In this document: positions 50,501 through 62,459 of the stretch, in pieces | Numbering within the stretch: the first letter of the stretch is position 1 | Layout of the letters: the number at the start of each line of letters is the position of its first letter | Assembly (NCBI RefSeq): GCF_009834535.1 | Contig: NC_045696.1 | Coordinates: 89,592,001-89,656,000, forward strand | Reading direction: 5' to 3' | From: Camelus ferus | Lineage: Eukaryota | DNA length: 64,000 bases | Made by a program: the position numbers and the translations under genes | Notes under the pieces: model-generated | What the model saw: only the letters and a program-made list of their open reading frames with translations | Told to the model about the DNA's origin: nothing | Databases searched by the model: none

Positions 50501-51400
50501 ACTCAGGTAGTTTTAATTACTAAGCTACTCTGTCTCTCACACATAGCTTTTCTGCTTGGTTTATGTAAGGGGGATTGTACCATATGTTTCCTAAAACTTT
50601 TTCACCTACCTAACAAATGTCATTGACCTCTTTCCTGTGCAATGAACAGAACTAAACTATTCTGGTGGATGGTGGCATTGCTTTCTGTCAGATGGATGTA
50701 TCATACTTTGTACAACTACTCTCCTGTGATGAACATGTAGGTTCCTTTTTTTGCCATTATAAACAAGAAACAGACCTGTGCATAAATCTCTATGCACTAG
50801 CACTTTTATTTTTCTCAGAATTGGGCTTTTGGGGGTCAAAGAATATGCACATTTTAAATTCTAATAAATACTACCTGTTTATCTTCCCCAAAGGTTGTGA
50901 AAATTTATAGCTGTACTAAGAGTGAGCCAGGGTACTTGCTCTAGGACTTCTCTCATTACCTAATTAATACTTTAAGTAATTTTATGAATATGTAACTTTT
51001 ATAACAAATCTTTTATTTCATAGTTTTTGATATTATGTTCTATTTCTGATAAAACATTGGTGGGCTAGTCATAAAATGATTATATAAACACAAGTAAAAT
51101 CATTAAAAGGTATAATTATGAATGGCAGTTTGGAATTTTCTCCTTTTTTCCTGATTTCAAATGTACAGATTTTGTTTTCTCCTGCCAACAGTGTTTATTT
51201 CTTGTTATTCATTCTCTTCCATCTCTAGCATGCTTCAGGGAGGAACAAGAGGGGACAGACCACCATCTGTCTTGGATAGTTTATACCAGATGATTTCTCA
51301 GAGTCCTTCCAGCTCAATGATTCTTTGAGAATATGAATTTTAAAAAATTGAGTTACAAACTCCAGGATGATGGCTTGTGATTTTATAGGGCTTGTGCATG

Positions 51401-51404
<4 letters not shown>

Positions 51405-51434
<30 letters not shown>
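51405..51434. repeat. Poly(A) run (~30 nt)
   Basis: Direct reading. Confidence 0.95.
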
Positions 51435-51435
<1 letters not shown>

Positions 51436-52449
51436 CAACCATGCTATTAAAATAAGTAGAGTGTACCGGTGTCTTGGGAAAATAGAATTTCTGGAAATAT
51501 GGATGCAACCAGAACTATCTGGAGGTTGTATATTCAGGGTTGCTTTAGGTGACACAGGATTCTTGGGCCCTTTCCACTTTGGGCCTACTGGTTTGACTCA
51601 GAGGCCGCTTTAAAGATAAATATTTTAATCAGAACTATAACAACATTGATGAGTTTTCACTGAGGAAGCTACCCCTGAAATGGACTTCAATAAAGCCAAT
51701 GTGACTCTCTTAATCAATTTTCCATATGATGTAGTTACATTATCTCTATTTTGTTTAATTTTTTTTTATTAACTGAAGTTGTTTGTATTGGATTCAATTA
51801 TTTTCCATTTAAATTGAAGAGATTTAATTCATCAATCAGTTCTCCACCTGTATAAAATTGTACTGATACTATTTTTGGATGGCCATAATTTCTGCAGAGT
51901 TATTTTTTTAAGTCTACTTTTGCAGGTCAAAATTTTGTGATGAAGATTTGGTTTTTCTGTCATTTTTATTTAATATTAATTTTACAATGTACAGTTTTAG
52001 CCTTTGTCAGTTTTGCATTGATTTTTTCAACCATCAACATCTATAGTTTATTATGACTTTGAATAAAAGACTAGTGGTGTGCATTTATCTCCTAGCTAAT
52101 CCATGATGAACCTATGAACACCTGTGATAAAGAGAGAGTGAGCAATAGAAAATGGAGACTGAGAGAGACAGACATTAGAGACCAACCAAGTCCTAAGGAA
52201 TCATTGCTGAGTTCTTGAATGCACAGAGGGGCTAAAAAACGTGGGTTATAAAGCGACAGAGACAAATGCCCTTGGGATCAAATGGCTGAGTCAAACCCCC
52301 CTGTTTTATTGCTGCTGAAGTGAATGCAGATATCTAAATCTCTAACTTCTCCCCCTGGAATCCTCTCACCAGGGTTCTTGACCCGTACAGTCAACTCCCA
52401 TTCTGTCTGTCTTCTATCTCCAAGAAGTGGGGAAGATGGAGGTGGGACA

Positions 52450-52826
52450 TTTAATTAGGATAATTTCAGGACCAAGCGACTGAAGATGCAAAGATAGTAA
52501 CTGGATAGAACTTCTCTTTCACCTGCAAGTAATCCAGAGGGAGGCAGCGAGGAGAGTATTACTTGGAGCCCTGAGAGCTGGAGTTGGGGAATGGTTGCTG
52601 CCTGAAAGAGGGACCCAGCCACAGCTAGAGGCAGCCTGCCAACACTGAGGGGAAGCGGGGGAGAAAGATTCTGACCTTGTTCTGCTAGCGTGTTCCACTA
52701 GCAGAACCCTGGTGTAACTAAGCCAGGAATCCAGGGTGCCTGGTAGAGGCTGTCCACAGAGGTCAGCTTCCGGGGAACAGAGAAGGGCAGGGAATGGATT
52801 TGGAGGTGTGTGTGCAAATCAGCATA
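52450..52826. mobile_element. MaLR LTR (MLT1K/L-like)
   Basis: gtccacagaggtcagcttccggggaacagagaagggcagggaatggatttggagg...tcagcata resembles an MLT1 terminus. Confidence 0.6.
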
Positions 52827-52909
52827 AAGAAAGTAGACACAAACTGACAATGCGAAGAGACAATGTTCCATGAGAACCATAAGAAAAGTACTCTCCTTTT
52901 AAAAAAAAT

Positions 52910-53150
52910 AATCATACTGTTAGCTACTGTTGATTGAACAATTATGTGCCTACACTGTGCTAAATGTGTTCCAGGCAGCATCCCATTCAATCCTCAAGAC
53001 CATCTTGCAAGGTAGGGATATTTATCTTATTTTAAGTAATGGGAAACAAGGCAGAGAGATGTAAAAAACTTGCTGCAGCTAATACAGCGAATGGTAGGCA
53101 CGGGGCTAGTCTGCTTGGCCCCGTAGTCGTGCTCTTAACCACGATTGGAT
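52910..53150 (-). mobile_element. MIR SINE
   Basis: cccattcaatcctcaagaccatcttgcaaggtagg...gggaaacaaggcagagag...tgctcttaaccac. Confidence 0.8.
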
Positions 53151-54305
53151 TCCCTGCCTGCAGGTCAGCAGGAGCACGTGACCTGCTGTCAAGGACGAGG
53201 CCATAACTCCGGGAAGAAGCCTCCCATTTTTCAGAGAAGGGAAGCTGGGGGCTGGGAGTGGAGAGGCGTGTGCCAGGGATTCTGTGACAATTCCAGTTTC
53301 CCTCCTTCCATTCCTGTTCCCTTCAGGAAGCTCTTGCGGCTCCCCCAGCGCCAACATGGTGGTCACTTTCTGAAAAAATTGAGCCATGGGTGAGTCCATG
53401 TCACTGACCTGGTGGGATTTAGCAGAAGTGGTTTGCCTCTCACTTGCTTCATTAGCTGTCTTCTGGGCAGAGATCACTGGATAAATCAATTTCCCTGTGA
53501 CCCTGAGGAAGAAAGCCTATTTGTTGGCCACCCCCAGGGCGGGGAAGGTTTTTGAAGACAGGAAATTTAAAACCGTTCAATCTTTCCTGCTTCCCAAAGA
53601 AACCAAACTGGGAGAGATGGGGATTTAGTTCTGGTGGTTTTCCATTTTTGTTTCTGTCAGCAACTACATCACTTGAGCTTCTCTAGACAGGACATAGAAA
53701 GAAGAACAGTGCTGAACAATTGTATTATCTGGGACCAGTCTAGTGGGTAAAAGCAGTAAAAAGCACTGGAACATTAGCTATAATGGCTTTCCAGGGCAAA
53801 GTGCAATGGCTACGAAGACACACAATTAGCGAAGTCATTTGTTCTGACAGACGCTGCTGGCCAGCACTTCAAACAGGGACGGAGCTGTCATGGAGTCACT
53901 TCTCTATAAGAAGTTTACTGCTAGTGCTGAAAATTCTGGCAAGTACATGTCCCTCTAACCACAAAGAACCTGAGAAGGATCCACATTCCTTTCCCCCATG
54001 GCTCTGTCTGTCTCCTTCAATTAGGTGACAAGGATCCTGAAAGATCACTGGGCACTTTGGGTCTCCACCTCATTTCCCATTCAACTCTCTGGCAGGTGGA
54101 CCCTCTCTCCTCCCGCTTCCCCATCCTCACCATTGAACTCATTTCATTCGTGACCTTGCTCTACCTCAGAAGCATTTGCCATTGTCCATCTCTGGATTTC
54201 TCTTTCCTCTTGGCGTTCCCTAACAACACCCTCTTCTGATTTCTTCTACCTTTCTGCTTTTCCCCCCTCACTAACTTCTCTTCTTTTCTATATGCCTGCC
54301 CTTTA

Positions 54306-54765
54306 TTTATTTATTCATAAACAAATTTTATTGAAGTATAGTTGATTTATAATGTTGTGTTAGTTTCTGGTGTTCAGTAAAGTGATTCATTATACATATA
54401 TATTCTTTTTCATATTCTTTTCTATTATGGTTTATTACAGGATATTGAATATAGTTCCCTGTGCTATACATTAGGTGCTTGTTGTTTATCTTTTTTATAT
54501 ATATAGTAGTTTATATCTGCTAATTCCAGACTCCTAATTTATCCTTCTCCCACCGCTTGTCCCCTTTGGTAACCATAAGTTTTTTATGTCTGTGAGTCTG
54601 TTTCTGTTTTGTAAATAAGTTTATTTGCATCATACTTTAGATTCCACATATAAGTGATGCCATATAGTATTTGTCTTTCTCTGTCTGACTTACTTCACTT
54701 AGTATGGTAATCTCTAGGTCCATCCATGTTGCTGAAAATGGCATTATTTTCATTCTTTTTTTGTC
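54306..54765 (-). mobile_element. Young L1 3'-end fragment inserted in an L2
   Basis: Translation IMPFSATWMDLEITILSEVSQTEKDKY. TSD tgcctgcccttta (54293-54305) / tgtctgcccttta (54766-54778). Confidence 0.93.
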
Positions 54766-55232
54766 TGTCTGCCCTTTAAATGTTGATTTACTTTCTGTTT
54801 TTTTCCTTGGCTGTTGTCTATCCTCCCGTAACACCCTCCATGTATTCAGTCTTGGTTCCCTTATCTTCTAGTCTTCACTCAATAGCCACATGCTAATAGC
54901 TTCCAATCTCTAGCCCAGATCTCTCTCTCTGTGCCCAGACCTATGCAGATACCTAACTTGCTTCTAAATGTAGCAGACAATGCTGGTGCTCTGCCCAGAA
55001 CCCATGAGTCCCTTTTAGTATTGCTGTGTGTCACAGCCCCACTCTCAAAGCCTGTCCTTGTGCTTTTTTTCAGAGGGATGTCCTCTGATGACCAGAGCAG
55101 TTTTGTGTACATCCATGGAGAGTTGTAACTTCCTGGGAGTTACGCCACCACCCCAACCTGCCCCATTGTCAACTCTTAACCATTGACTGCTGGCTCTAGA
55201 GTATGAAAACCCAGGTCCCTTATGTTGAGTGG

Positions 55233-55698
55233 TATGTTGGGTCTGCCAAGGAGCAGATGTCAAGATGGAATTAGAAGTACAAGTAATTATTGGAGGGTAA
55301 TGACTATAAAAGATAAAAGACAGGGAGAGTGAAAGTAGGCAGAGAAACATTTAGACTAAGAATTGATCTGACACCTGTGGAAGGTGAGAGAGGAGGAAGA
55401 GAGATGGGATAGACTGAGACTCAGATTGCCATGCAGTGCTGGGAAAGTCTCAGCTAGTCCACCGGGGTGCTCCAGTGTAAAGATTGTCTGTAGAGGAGTC
55501 CCAGAAATGGTGAGTCATTATAATTATACCTCTGTGCTCAACTGTTGGCTAGAGGCTTCGTGGGGGGCACATTGTCTCAGTTTTCCAGCTGAGGCTGAAA
55601 GCACCAACAGCTAATTGCTATCAGCTAATTGAACTCCCAGTGGAAGTTTCTCTCTTGAAAATGGGCCTAAGTGGCTCACTGGATTTCATGCTGTCACA
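55233..55698 (-). mobile_element. ERVL solo LTR (LTR33-like) nested in the LTR16-like element
   Basis: ggagcagatgtcaagatggaattagaagtacaag...tctgacacctgtggaagg...catgctgtcaca; 5-bp TSD agtgg/ggtgg. Confidence 0.7.
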
Positions 55699-55881
55699 GG
55701 TGGGGAGCTGGGACCTGTATCCTACCCATCAGGATTCCCCTGTGGGTCTGGCTAAAGCCTGAGCTCTGTAGAACTTTTGGCTGAGACCATATACTTGTTT
55801 GACTCCCTCCCCTTCCCCACTCCCTAACTAGTCTCCTCTGGGAGAACTTTATTTAAAAATTACTTAAAAATCATTTGCACA

Positions 55882-57367
55882 CAGGTAGCAAGATACAAGA
55901 TTAACATACAGAAATCTGTTGCATTTCCTTACACGAACAATGAAATACTAGAAAGGGAAAGTAAAAAAAAAAAAAAATCCCTTTCAGAATCATGTGAAAA
56001 AAATTATATACTTAGGAATAAACCTGACCAAGAAGTGAAAGACTTGTACACTGAGAACTATAAAACATTGATAAAGGAAACTGAAGATGATTCAAATAAA
56101 TGGAAAGATATCCTATGCTCTTGGATTGGAAGAATTAATATTGTTATAATGGCCATACTACCCAAGCAATTTACAGATTTAATGCGATCCCTATCAAATT
56201 ACCCTGGACATTTTTCACAGAGCTAGAACTAATAATACTAAAACTTATGTGGAATCACAAAAGACCTAGAATTGCCAAAGCAATACTGAAGAAAAAGAAT
56301 GAAGCTGAAGGAATAACCCTCCCAGACTTCAGACAATACTACAGAGCTACAGTAATCAAAACAGCATTGTATTGGCACAAAAACAGACACATGGATCAAT
56401 GGAACAGAATAGAGAACCCAGAAATAAATTGACAGACCTATGGTCAATTAATCTTCTAACAAGTAAGGCAAGAATATACAATGCAGAGAAGACAGGCTCT
56501 TCAGCAAATGGCGCTGGGAAACCTGGACAGCTGCATGTAAATCAACAAAGTTAGAATACTCCCTCACACCACACACAAAAATAAACTTGAAATCACTTAA
56601 AGACTTAAATATGACGTGATACCATAAAACTCCTAGAAGAGAACATAAAGCAAAACATTCTTTGACATAAATCATAGCAATGCTTCCTTAGGTCAGTTTC
56701 TAAGGTAACAGAAATACAAGCAAAATAATCAAACTTACAAGCTTCTACACAGCAAAGAAAACCATAAACAAAATGAAAAGACAACCTATGGAATGGGAGA
56801 AAAATATTTGTGAATGATGTGAATGACAAGGGCTTAATTTCCAAAATATACAAACAGCTCATACAGCTTAATATCAAAAAAACAAAACAACCCCTTCCCC
56901 CAAAATGGGCAGAAAACCTAAACAGACATCTCTCCAAAGAACACATACAGATGGCCAACAAGCACATGAAAAGATGCTCAACATTGCTAATTATAACAGA
57001 AATGCAAATCAAAACTACAATAAAGTATCACCTCACACTGGTCAGAATGTCCATCACCAAAAAGTCTACAAATAATAAATGCTGGAGAGGATGTGGAGAA
57101 AGGAGAACCCTCCTACACTGGTGGGGATGTAAATTGGTGCAGCTACTATGGAGAACAGTATGAAGGTTCCTTAAGAAAACTAAAAACAGAGTTACCATAT
57201 GATCCAGCAATCCCACTCCTGGGCGTACATCTGGAAAAGATGAAAACTTTAATTTGAAAAGATACTTGAGCCCCAGTGTTCATAGTAGCACTATTTACAG
57301 TAGCCAAGACATGTAAACAACCTAAGTGTCCATCAACAGATGAATGGATAAGGAAGATGTGGTGTAT

Positions 57368-57406
<39 letters not shown>

Positions 57407-57760
57407 GGAATATTACTCAGCCATAAAAATAAATGAAGTAATGCCATTTGCAGCAACACTGCTGGACCTAGAGATTATTATATTAAGTGAAATAAGCCAG
57501 AAAGAGAAATACAAATATCACATGATATCACTTATATGTGGAATATAAAGAAATGACACAAATGAACGTATTTACAAAATAGAAACATACTCACAGACAT
57601 ACAAAACAAACTTAGGTTACCAAAGGGGAGGGAGGGATACATTAGGTATTTGGGATTAGCAGATACATGCTACTAGATTTAAAATAGATAAGGTCCTACT
57701 GTATAGCACAAGGAATTGTAGTCAATATCTTGTAATAAACTATAATGGAAAAGAAAAAAA
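55882..57760 (+). mobile_element. 5'-truncated L1 (~1.9 kb) with frameshifted ORF2 C-terminal half
   Basis: ORF fragments [86 protein letters not shown] aaaaatcatttgcaca (55866-55881) / aaaaatcacttgcaca (57756-57771). Confidence 0.97.
57371..57404. repeat. (CA)17 microsatellite within L1
   Basis: Direct reading. Confidence 0.97.
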
Positions 57761-58664
57761 TCACTTGCACATGAATTCTTGAGTCATAATCTGTTTGGGA
57801 GAACCCACCCCAAGACACGAACAAACCCATTTTGATAGTCTATATAGGCTCTAAATAAAATCTTAACAGAAGAACACATTATCTTCTCATTTAGATCTTC
57901 TCTTCTCCAGAGCAAGTGGCACCTTCATCTACCTAGTCACCCAGCCCTGAAATCTGGGCACAACTTTTTGATTCCTATCCTTATTCTGTACATCCAATAC
58001 ATGGCCAAATCCTATTTCTTTTCACTCATTAATATTTCTGAGATCCATATCTCATCTCCATTCCTACCGACACAGATACTACATCATCTTTTTGCTGGGT
58101 TATGACAGTGGTACACCCTCCTCCCCCAGTCCATCCTCCACACTGCAGTGAGAAAGAGCTACCTAAACATACAGGGAGGGGCTGCCTGGTGGAGGCAGAA
58201 TCTGTAAATTGTTGGAAGGTCACAACGGTCATTCTGGAGGTTGCCAGCTATCTTTCCACTCTACACTGTGAACTGGCATTTATGCTGAGAATAGCCTATC
58301 ACACTGCTCTGGGAAGGACGTTCTGAGTTGTTTTCTTGACAATATAGATATAAGGCAAGAGTCAACCTATATTTTTGTAGATGTCCATGGATGGGTACTT
58401 TTTGGCTCAGCAAAGTCCTAGGGCTTAGATTTTGTTGGTGAGCATAATAGGCAGCATTTCTTGTTTCAGATAAATCTAATCAGAGGGTCAAGCTGGGGTT
58501 GGGGGGTATTAATTGGAGGGAAAGCTCTTTCTCAAGTTTATGCTTGAGTCATGGCTTCTCCAGTTCTGGTCTATATGGACTGCCTTGTCCTCTTAAGAAT
58601 TTATGAAAATGATAAAAACTTATCTCTGCCTTTTTTTCCCCATTAGAATTGTGATTTATTGGGT

Positions 58665-58706
58665 AAAACAAACAAACAAACAAACAAACAAACAAACAAA
58701 CAAAAA
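58665..58706. repeat. (AAAC)n microsatellite
   Basis: Direct reading. Confidence 0.95.
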
Positions 58707-59267
58707 ATCAAGGCAATGTATGGTTAAAGTGGACGTTCTCTACCTCAAACTTTTGGGGGCTACTGGCCTAGCTATGCCTTGAGGACCAGTCAGTCAAAGA
58801 GGTGTCAAGATTCAGTTCAATAGTCTCATTATAGTCTTTTTTCCTAACTAGCGTGTTAGCTCCTTGTAGACAGGATCTTTGTCTGCTTCAGCTTCTACTC
58901 CCCAGAGTTTTTAGCATTTGGCAAGTCTTCAACAATTTTGTCTGGCTGATAATCTGATTCTTGCTACCCCATGTTTCAGAATGCTTATATTTCAAGTGCC
59001 ACAAGATTGGCACCAAACTTGAAAAAGTAAGGAAAACAAGAATAATCTTGTGATTTTGTAAAATAATGAAGCCGGCTTTTAATTTGAATTTAGTGGGCAT
59101 TATTCAGTTTGCAGAATTGTGTTTTACCTTGTTTACTTTGGAAGCAATAAATACCTTTATAGACCTGTTTATTGATTAATGTGAGATAAGCATTTTAGCT
59201 AATCTTGTTTCAATCCTTCTGGGGTCACAGTGCAAAAGAAAAATGGCTCATGCAAAGCTCCAAATGG

Positions 59268-59702
59268 AAACAATAAAATAATGCCACTTGCAGCAACATG
59301 GATGGACCTGGAGATCGTCATTCTAAGTGAAGTAAGCCAGAAAGAGAAAGAAAAACACTATATGATATCACTTACATGTGGAATCTAAGAAAAAAAAAAG
59401 GAAAAAGAAGACATTAATGAACTCATCTACAAAACAGAAACAGACTCACAGACATAGTAAAGGGGTGGGAAAGGGTAAATTGGGAGTTTGAGATTTGCAA
59501 ATATTAACCATTATGTATAAAAATAGATAAAAAACTAAATTTCTTCTGTATAGCAGAGGGAACTATATTCAATAGTTTGTAGTAACCTTTAATGAAAAAG
59601 AATATGCAAATGAATACATGTATGTATATGTATGACTGAAACATTATGTTGTACAACAGAAATTGACATATTGTAACTAAGTACACTTTAATTAAAAAAA
59701 AA
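59268..59702 (+). mobile_element. Young L1 3'-end fragment
   Basis: atgccacttgcagcaacatggatggacctggag...A tail. TSD aaagctccaaa (59254-59264 / 59703-59713). Confidence 0.92.
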
Positions 59703-59994
59703 AAAGCTCCAAACAGACAAGGAGAAAAAGATCATAAAGGATTGTGGCTGATGCATTTATTCACCAGCATTATAGACAATCTAAACAAAGTAGAGAAAAT
59801 AATCACTTGTTGTAGAAATTAAGTCTATAATGTGTACTCAGGTGTTTACATAGTTCCTGATTGGTGACAAACCAGTTTTTACATGTTTGTAGGCTGTATT
59901 GATGGCCAAAGCATGCAAAATGAAATTAAATGGGAACAAATGAAAAATACCACTCAAAAGCCAGGAAGATGTAGGTTAACTTAACACGACAATT

Positions 59995-60215
59995 TAAGAG
60001 ATTTAGTTTATTTGAAGCTCAAGAAAAATCAACAGTGCAATTGTGCTGCTGAGAAAACTAACTCTATCTTAGGGTATATTATTAGAAGTATAGTGCCTGA
60101 AAAAAATGAGTGGACAGGTGGTAGTTTCTGGGAGCACATCAAAACATGCCTGGAATACTGTTTAATTCCAGGTGGGGCATTTTCAGATGGACACTGACAA
60201 CCTAGAAATGTGCCT
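59995..60215 (+). mobile_element. CR1/L3 LINE RT-region relic
   Basis: Translation KLKKNQQCNCAAEKTNSILGYIIRSIV...CLEYC aligns by eye to the CR1 ORF2 motif KLNMSQQC..AAKKAN.ILGCI.RSI...HLEYC. Confidence 0.75.
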
Positions 60216-60539
60216 ATGCTGAATGGGGAAAGGGAAGAGTGTGTCACTGTAACCGTTATTAGTAAATAGGGCAATAGTGAAGGGCTCCCTCTGCCCTGTT
60301 CACGCACCTCTGCCCCTAGATAGAGGAAGGAGGTCAATAAGATAGATCTCTTAGGGTCAAATCATAAAACTTAACACACATTGGATGAGAAAAGAGGGAT
60401 CCTAGGCCTCCATGAAACAGTAGATAAAAGGCTTTGTAAATGTATTAAAATACATGAAACAAACGTAAGGAAAAAAAACGTCAATTAGAGAGGCGGATTA
60501 AGGAAAAAAAAAAAAAAAGAGTCAGAGAAAATGACCAGA

Positions 60540-61010
60540 AAACTAGCCAATCACAGTCATGGGCAGAAGGAGTCTAAAATTATGAAGTTTTGCAGCTAAT
60601 CAAGGACATTTCTATTATGACGGAAGAATGCAACCAGCCCTGATAGCCTGATGCCATTAAACATTCAAATCACCTATTTCCTCGTGTCCGTGGTGTGCTC
60701 ACCACGCTACCGTCTGATTACAAATCGACTTCCCACGTGGACGCGCCTCCGGGGAGAGAACGTGCCGGCGGAGCGTTCTGGGTTGCGTGACAGTAATAGC
60801 TCTCGTTGTGACTGAGTCTGCTGGCATTCTGCATCTCGTGGGCTTGGCTAATGGGCGTCTGCCCCAGAGGCTCAGAGCCACTCGTGATGTGCTTACAGAA
60901 TCCGGTGTTAGAAATTGCAAAGCCGAGCCACAGACTTCGGATCACAGCAAGTTCGCCAAAGGAACAAATTCCACTTGGTTGGGAGTTCTTGGGTAACAAG
61001 AAATTCTTCT
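60540..61010. promoter_or_regulatory. CpG-enriched unique segment with promoter-type motifs
   Basis: gccaatca 60546-60553, cggaag 60621-60626, cacgtg 60734-60739, ttgcgtga 60783-60790; elevated CpG density. Confidence 0.4.
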
Positions 61011-61137
61011 GGAAATCAGAACAGTAACCTCCTTATGAACACCTATAGCAGGTATTGTCCTAAGGTTCTTAGATATTGCTCCATTAAATCTTGACTTCTC
61101 TCCCCGAAGGGGCTGAATTTGATTCACTTTTGTATGA

Positions 61138-61325
61138 CGGTGGCCGCCGTACCGTCAGGCTCTGCATCCGCGGGTTCAACCAAACACGGATGGAAACTTT
61201 GAATCCGCAGCTGGTTGAACCCACGGAGACCAAGGGCTGACTGTAAGAGAACTGAGCATCCCAGGATTTTGGTATCCTCGGGGAGGTCCTGGAGCTCTTC
61301 CCTCGCGGATACTGAGGGCCGACTG
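61138..61325 (-). mobile_element. TcMar-Tigger MITE (MER2/MER2B-like)
   Basis: Minus strand cagtcggccctcagtatccgcg...ccaggacc..ggataccaaaatcc..ggatgctca; internal palindrome ccgcgggttcaacc / ggttgaacccacgg; TA flank at 61326-61327. Confidence 0.85.
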
Positions 61326-62137
61326 TACTGACAATACTCAGCACCTAGAAGTCTCACCAACCAAGGAAGAGCCCACCTCCGACCATCCCAGACCTGGCTG
61401 ACTGCCTCTCCTCCTCTAGGCCGGTGCTCACTCACCTTGACTCCACCCCACCGAAACGAGGACTGTCCCTTCCTCAGCAGTCTCCCCACCCCCACCAGAG
61501 GGCCCTCTTGTGCTGAGTGCTGCAGCCATCTCTCCAGGCGCCTCCTGCTCTTCCCTACACAGCTCACCCCCTCCCCCTGTTACTGCTCCGGGGAACAGTC
61601 GCCCACCTGCCAAGCACACTTTAGGTCGATGACTTGCATAAGATGGTCCATGATTCCATGCTTCTTACTGTCACAATTTGCAAACCCATGGGTAAGCAGT
61701 ACTCTGTCTCTGTGTCCGACTCAGTATTTCATATTCTCAGACAATGTGTTTGGTTTTTATTGCCAGTCCCATCTTAAAGCTTCTGAACCTCTGCTTGTCT
61801 GGGTTAGGTTATTGTGCTTTCCACAGAATCCCAGCACATGGCAACACTTCACCTAATGTTTGTTCACCGACTGAATGAATTAACCATGCCTTTGGAATAA
61901 TCTATAAACATTTTGGAGAAAGTTAAACAGATGAGAAGGCATAGGAAGGTGTAGTTAAAGTCTTCTTGCACTGAGTGTTATGCTGTGTGAGTAAGAAATG
62001 ACACTTGGTATGCAATGAACCTGAGGGAGGGGTAGATGGAAGTTTCATGGGTGTATATGCAGGGGCAGGGGGCTTGGACTAGAGTTCGTCATACTTCCTT
62101 AGAACATGGCAAGGCAAAGACCTCAGTACCAGTATTT

Positions 62138-62406
62138 TTTTCATTGAAGTATAGTTGAGGATGGACCTAGAGATTATCATACTAAGTGAAGAAAGTCAGA
62201 CAGAGAAAGACTAATATCATTTATCATTTATATGCAGAATCTAAAGAAAAAAACCACAAATGAACTTATTTACAAAATAGAAAGAGACTGACAGCCATAG
62301 AAAACATACTTATGGTGACCAAAAGGGAAAGGGGGGTGGGGAGGAATAAATTACGAGTATGGAATTAGCAGATACACACTACTGTATACAGAATAGATAA
62401 ACAAGA
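62138..62406 (-). mobile_element. Young L1 insertion with 5' inversion and very short non-inverted part
   Basis: T run plus cattgaagtatagttga (antisense extreme 3' end), then ~250 nt of plus-oriented L1. TSD tcagtaccagtattt (62123-62137) / tcagtaccaatattt (62407-62421). Confidence 0.88.
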
Positions 62407-62459
62407 TCAGTACCAATATTTCTGTTATCACTATTCATAGTAATATGACCTCATTGACA

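Larger units (their letters stand above)
54969..57817 (+). mobile_element. ERVL solo LTR (LTR16-like), split by two later insertions
   Basis: Starts tgtagcagacaatgctggtgctctgcccaga; ends tcacttgcacatgaattc...gagaacccaccccaagaca. Pieces at 54969-55232, 55699-55881 and 57772-57817. Confidence 0.7.

Noticed and set aside
56035..57548. Functional reverse transcriptase or retron-like gene
   Set aside because: Frameshifted, 5'-truncated L1 ORF2 remnant.
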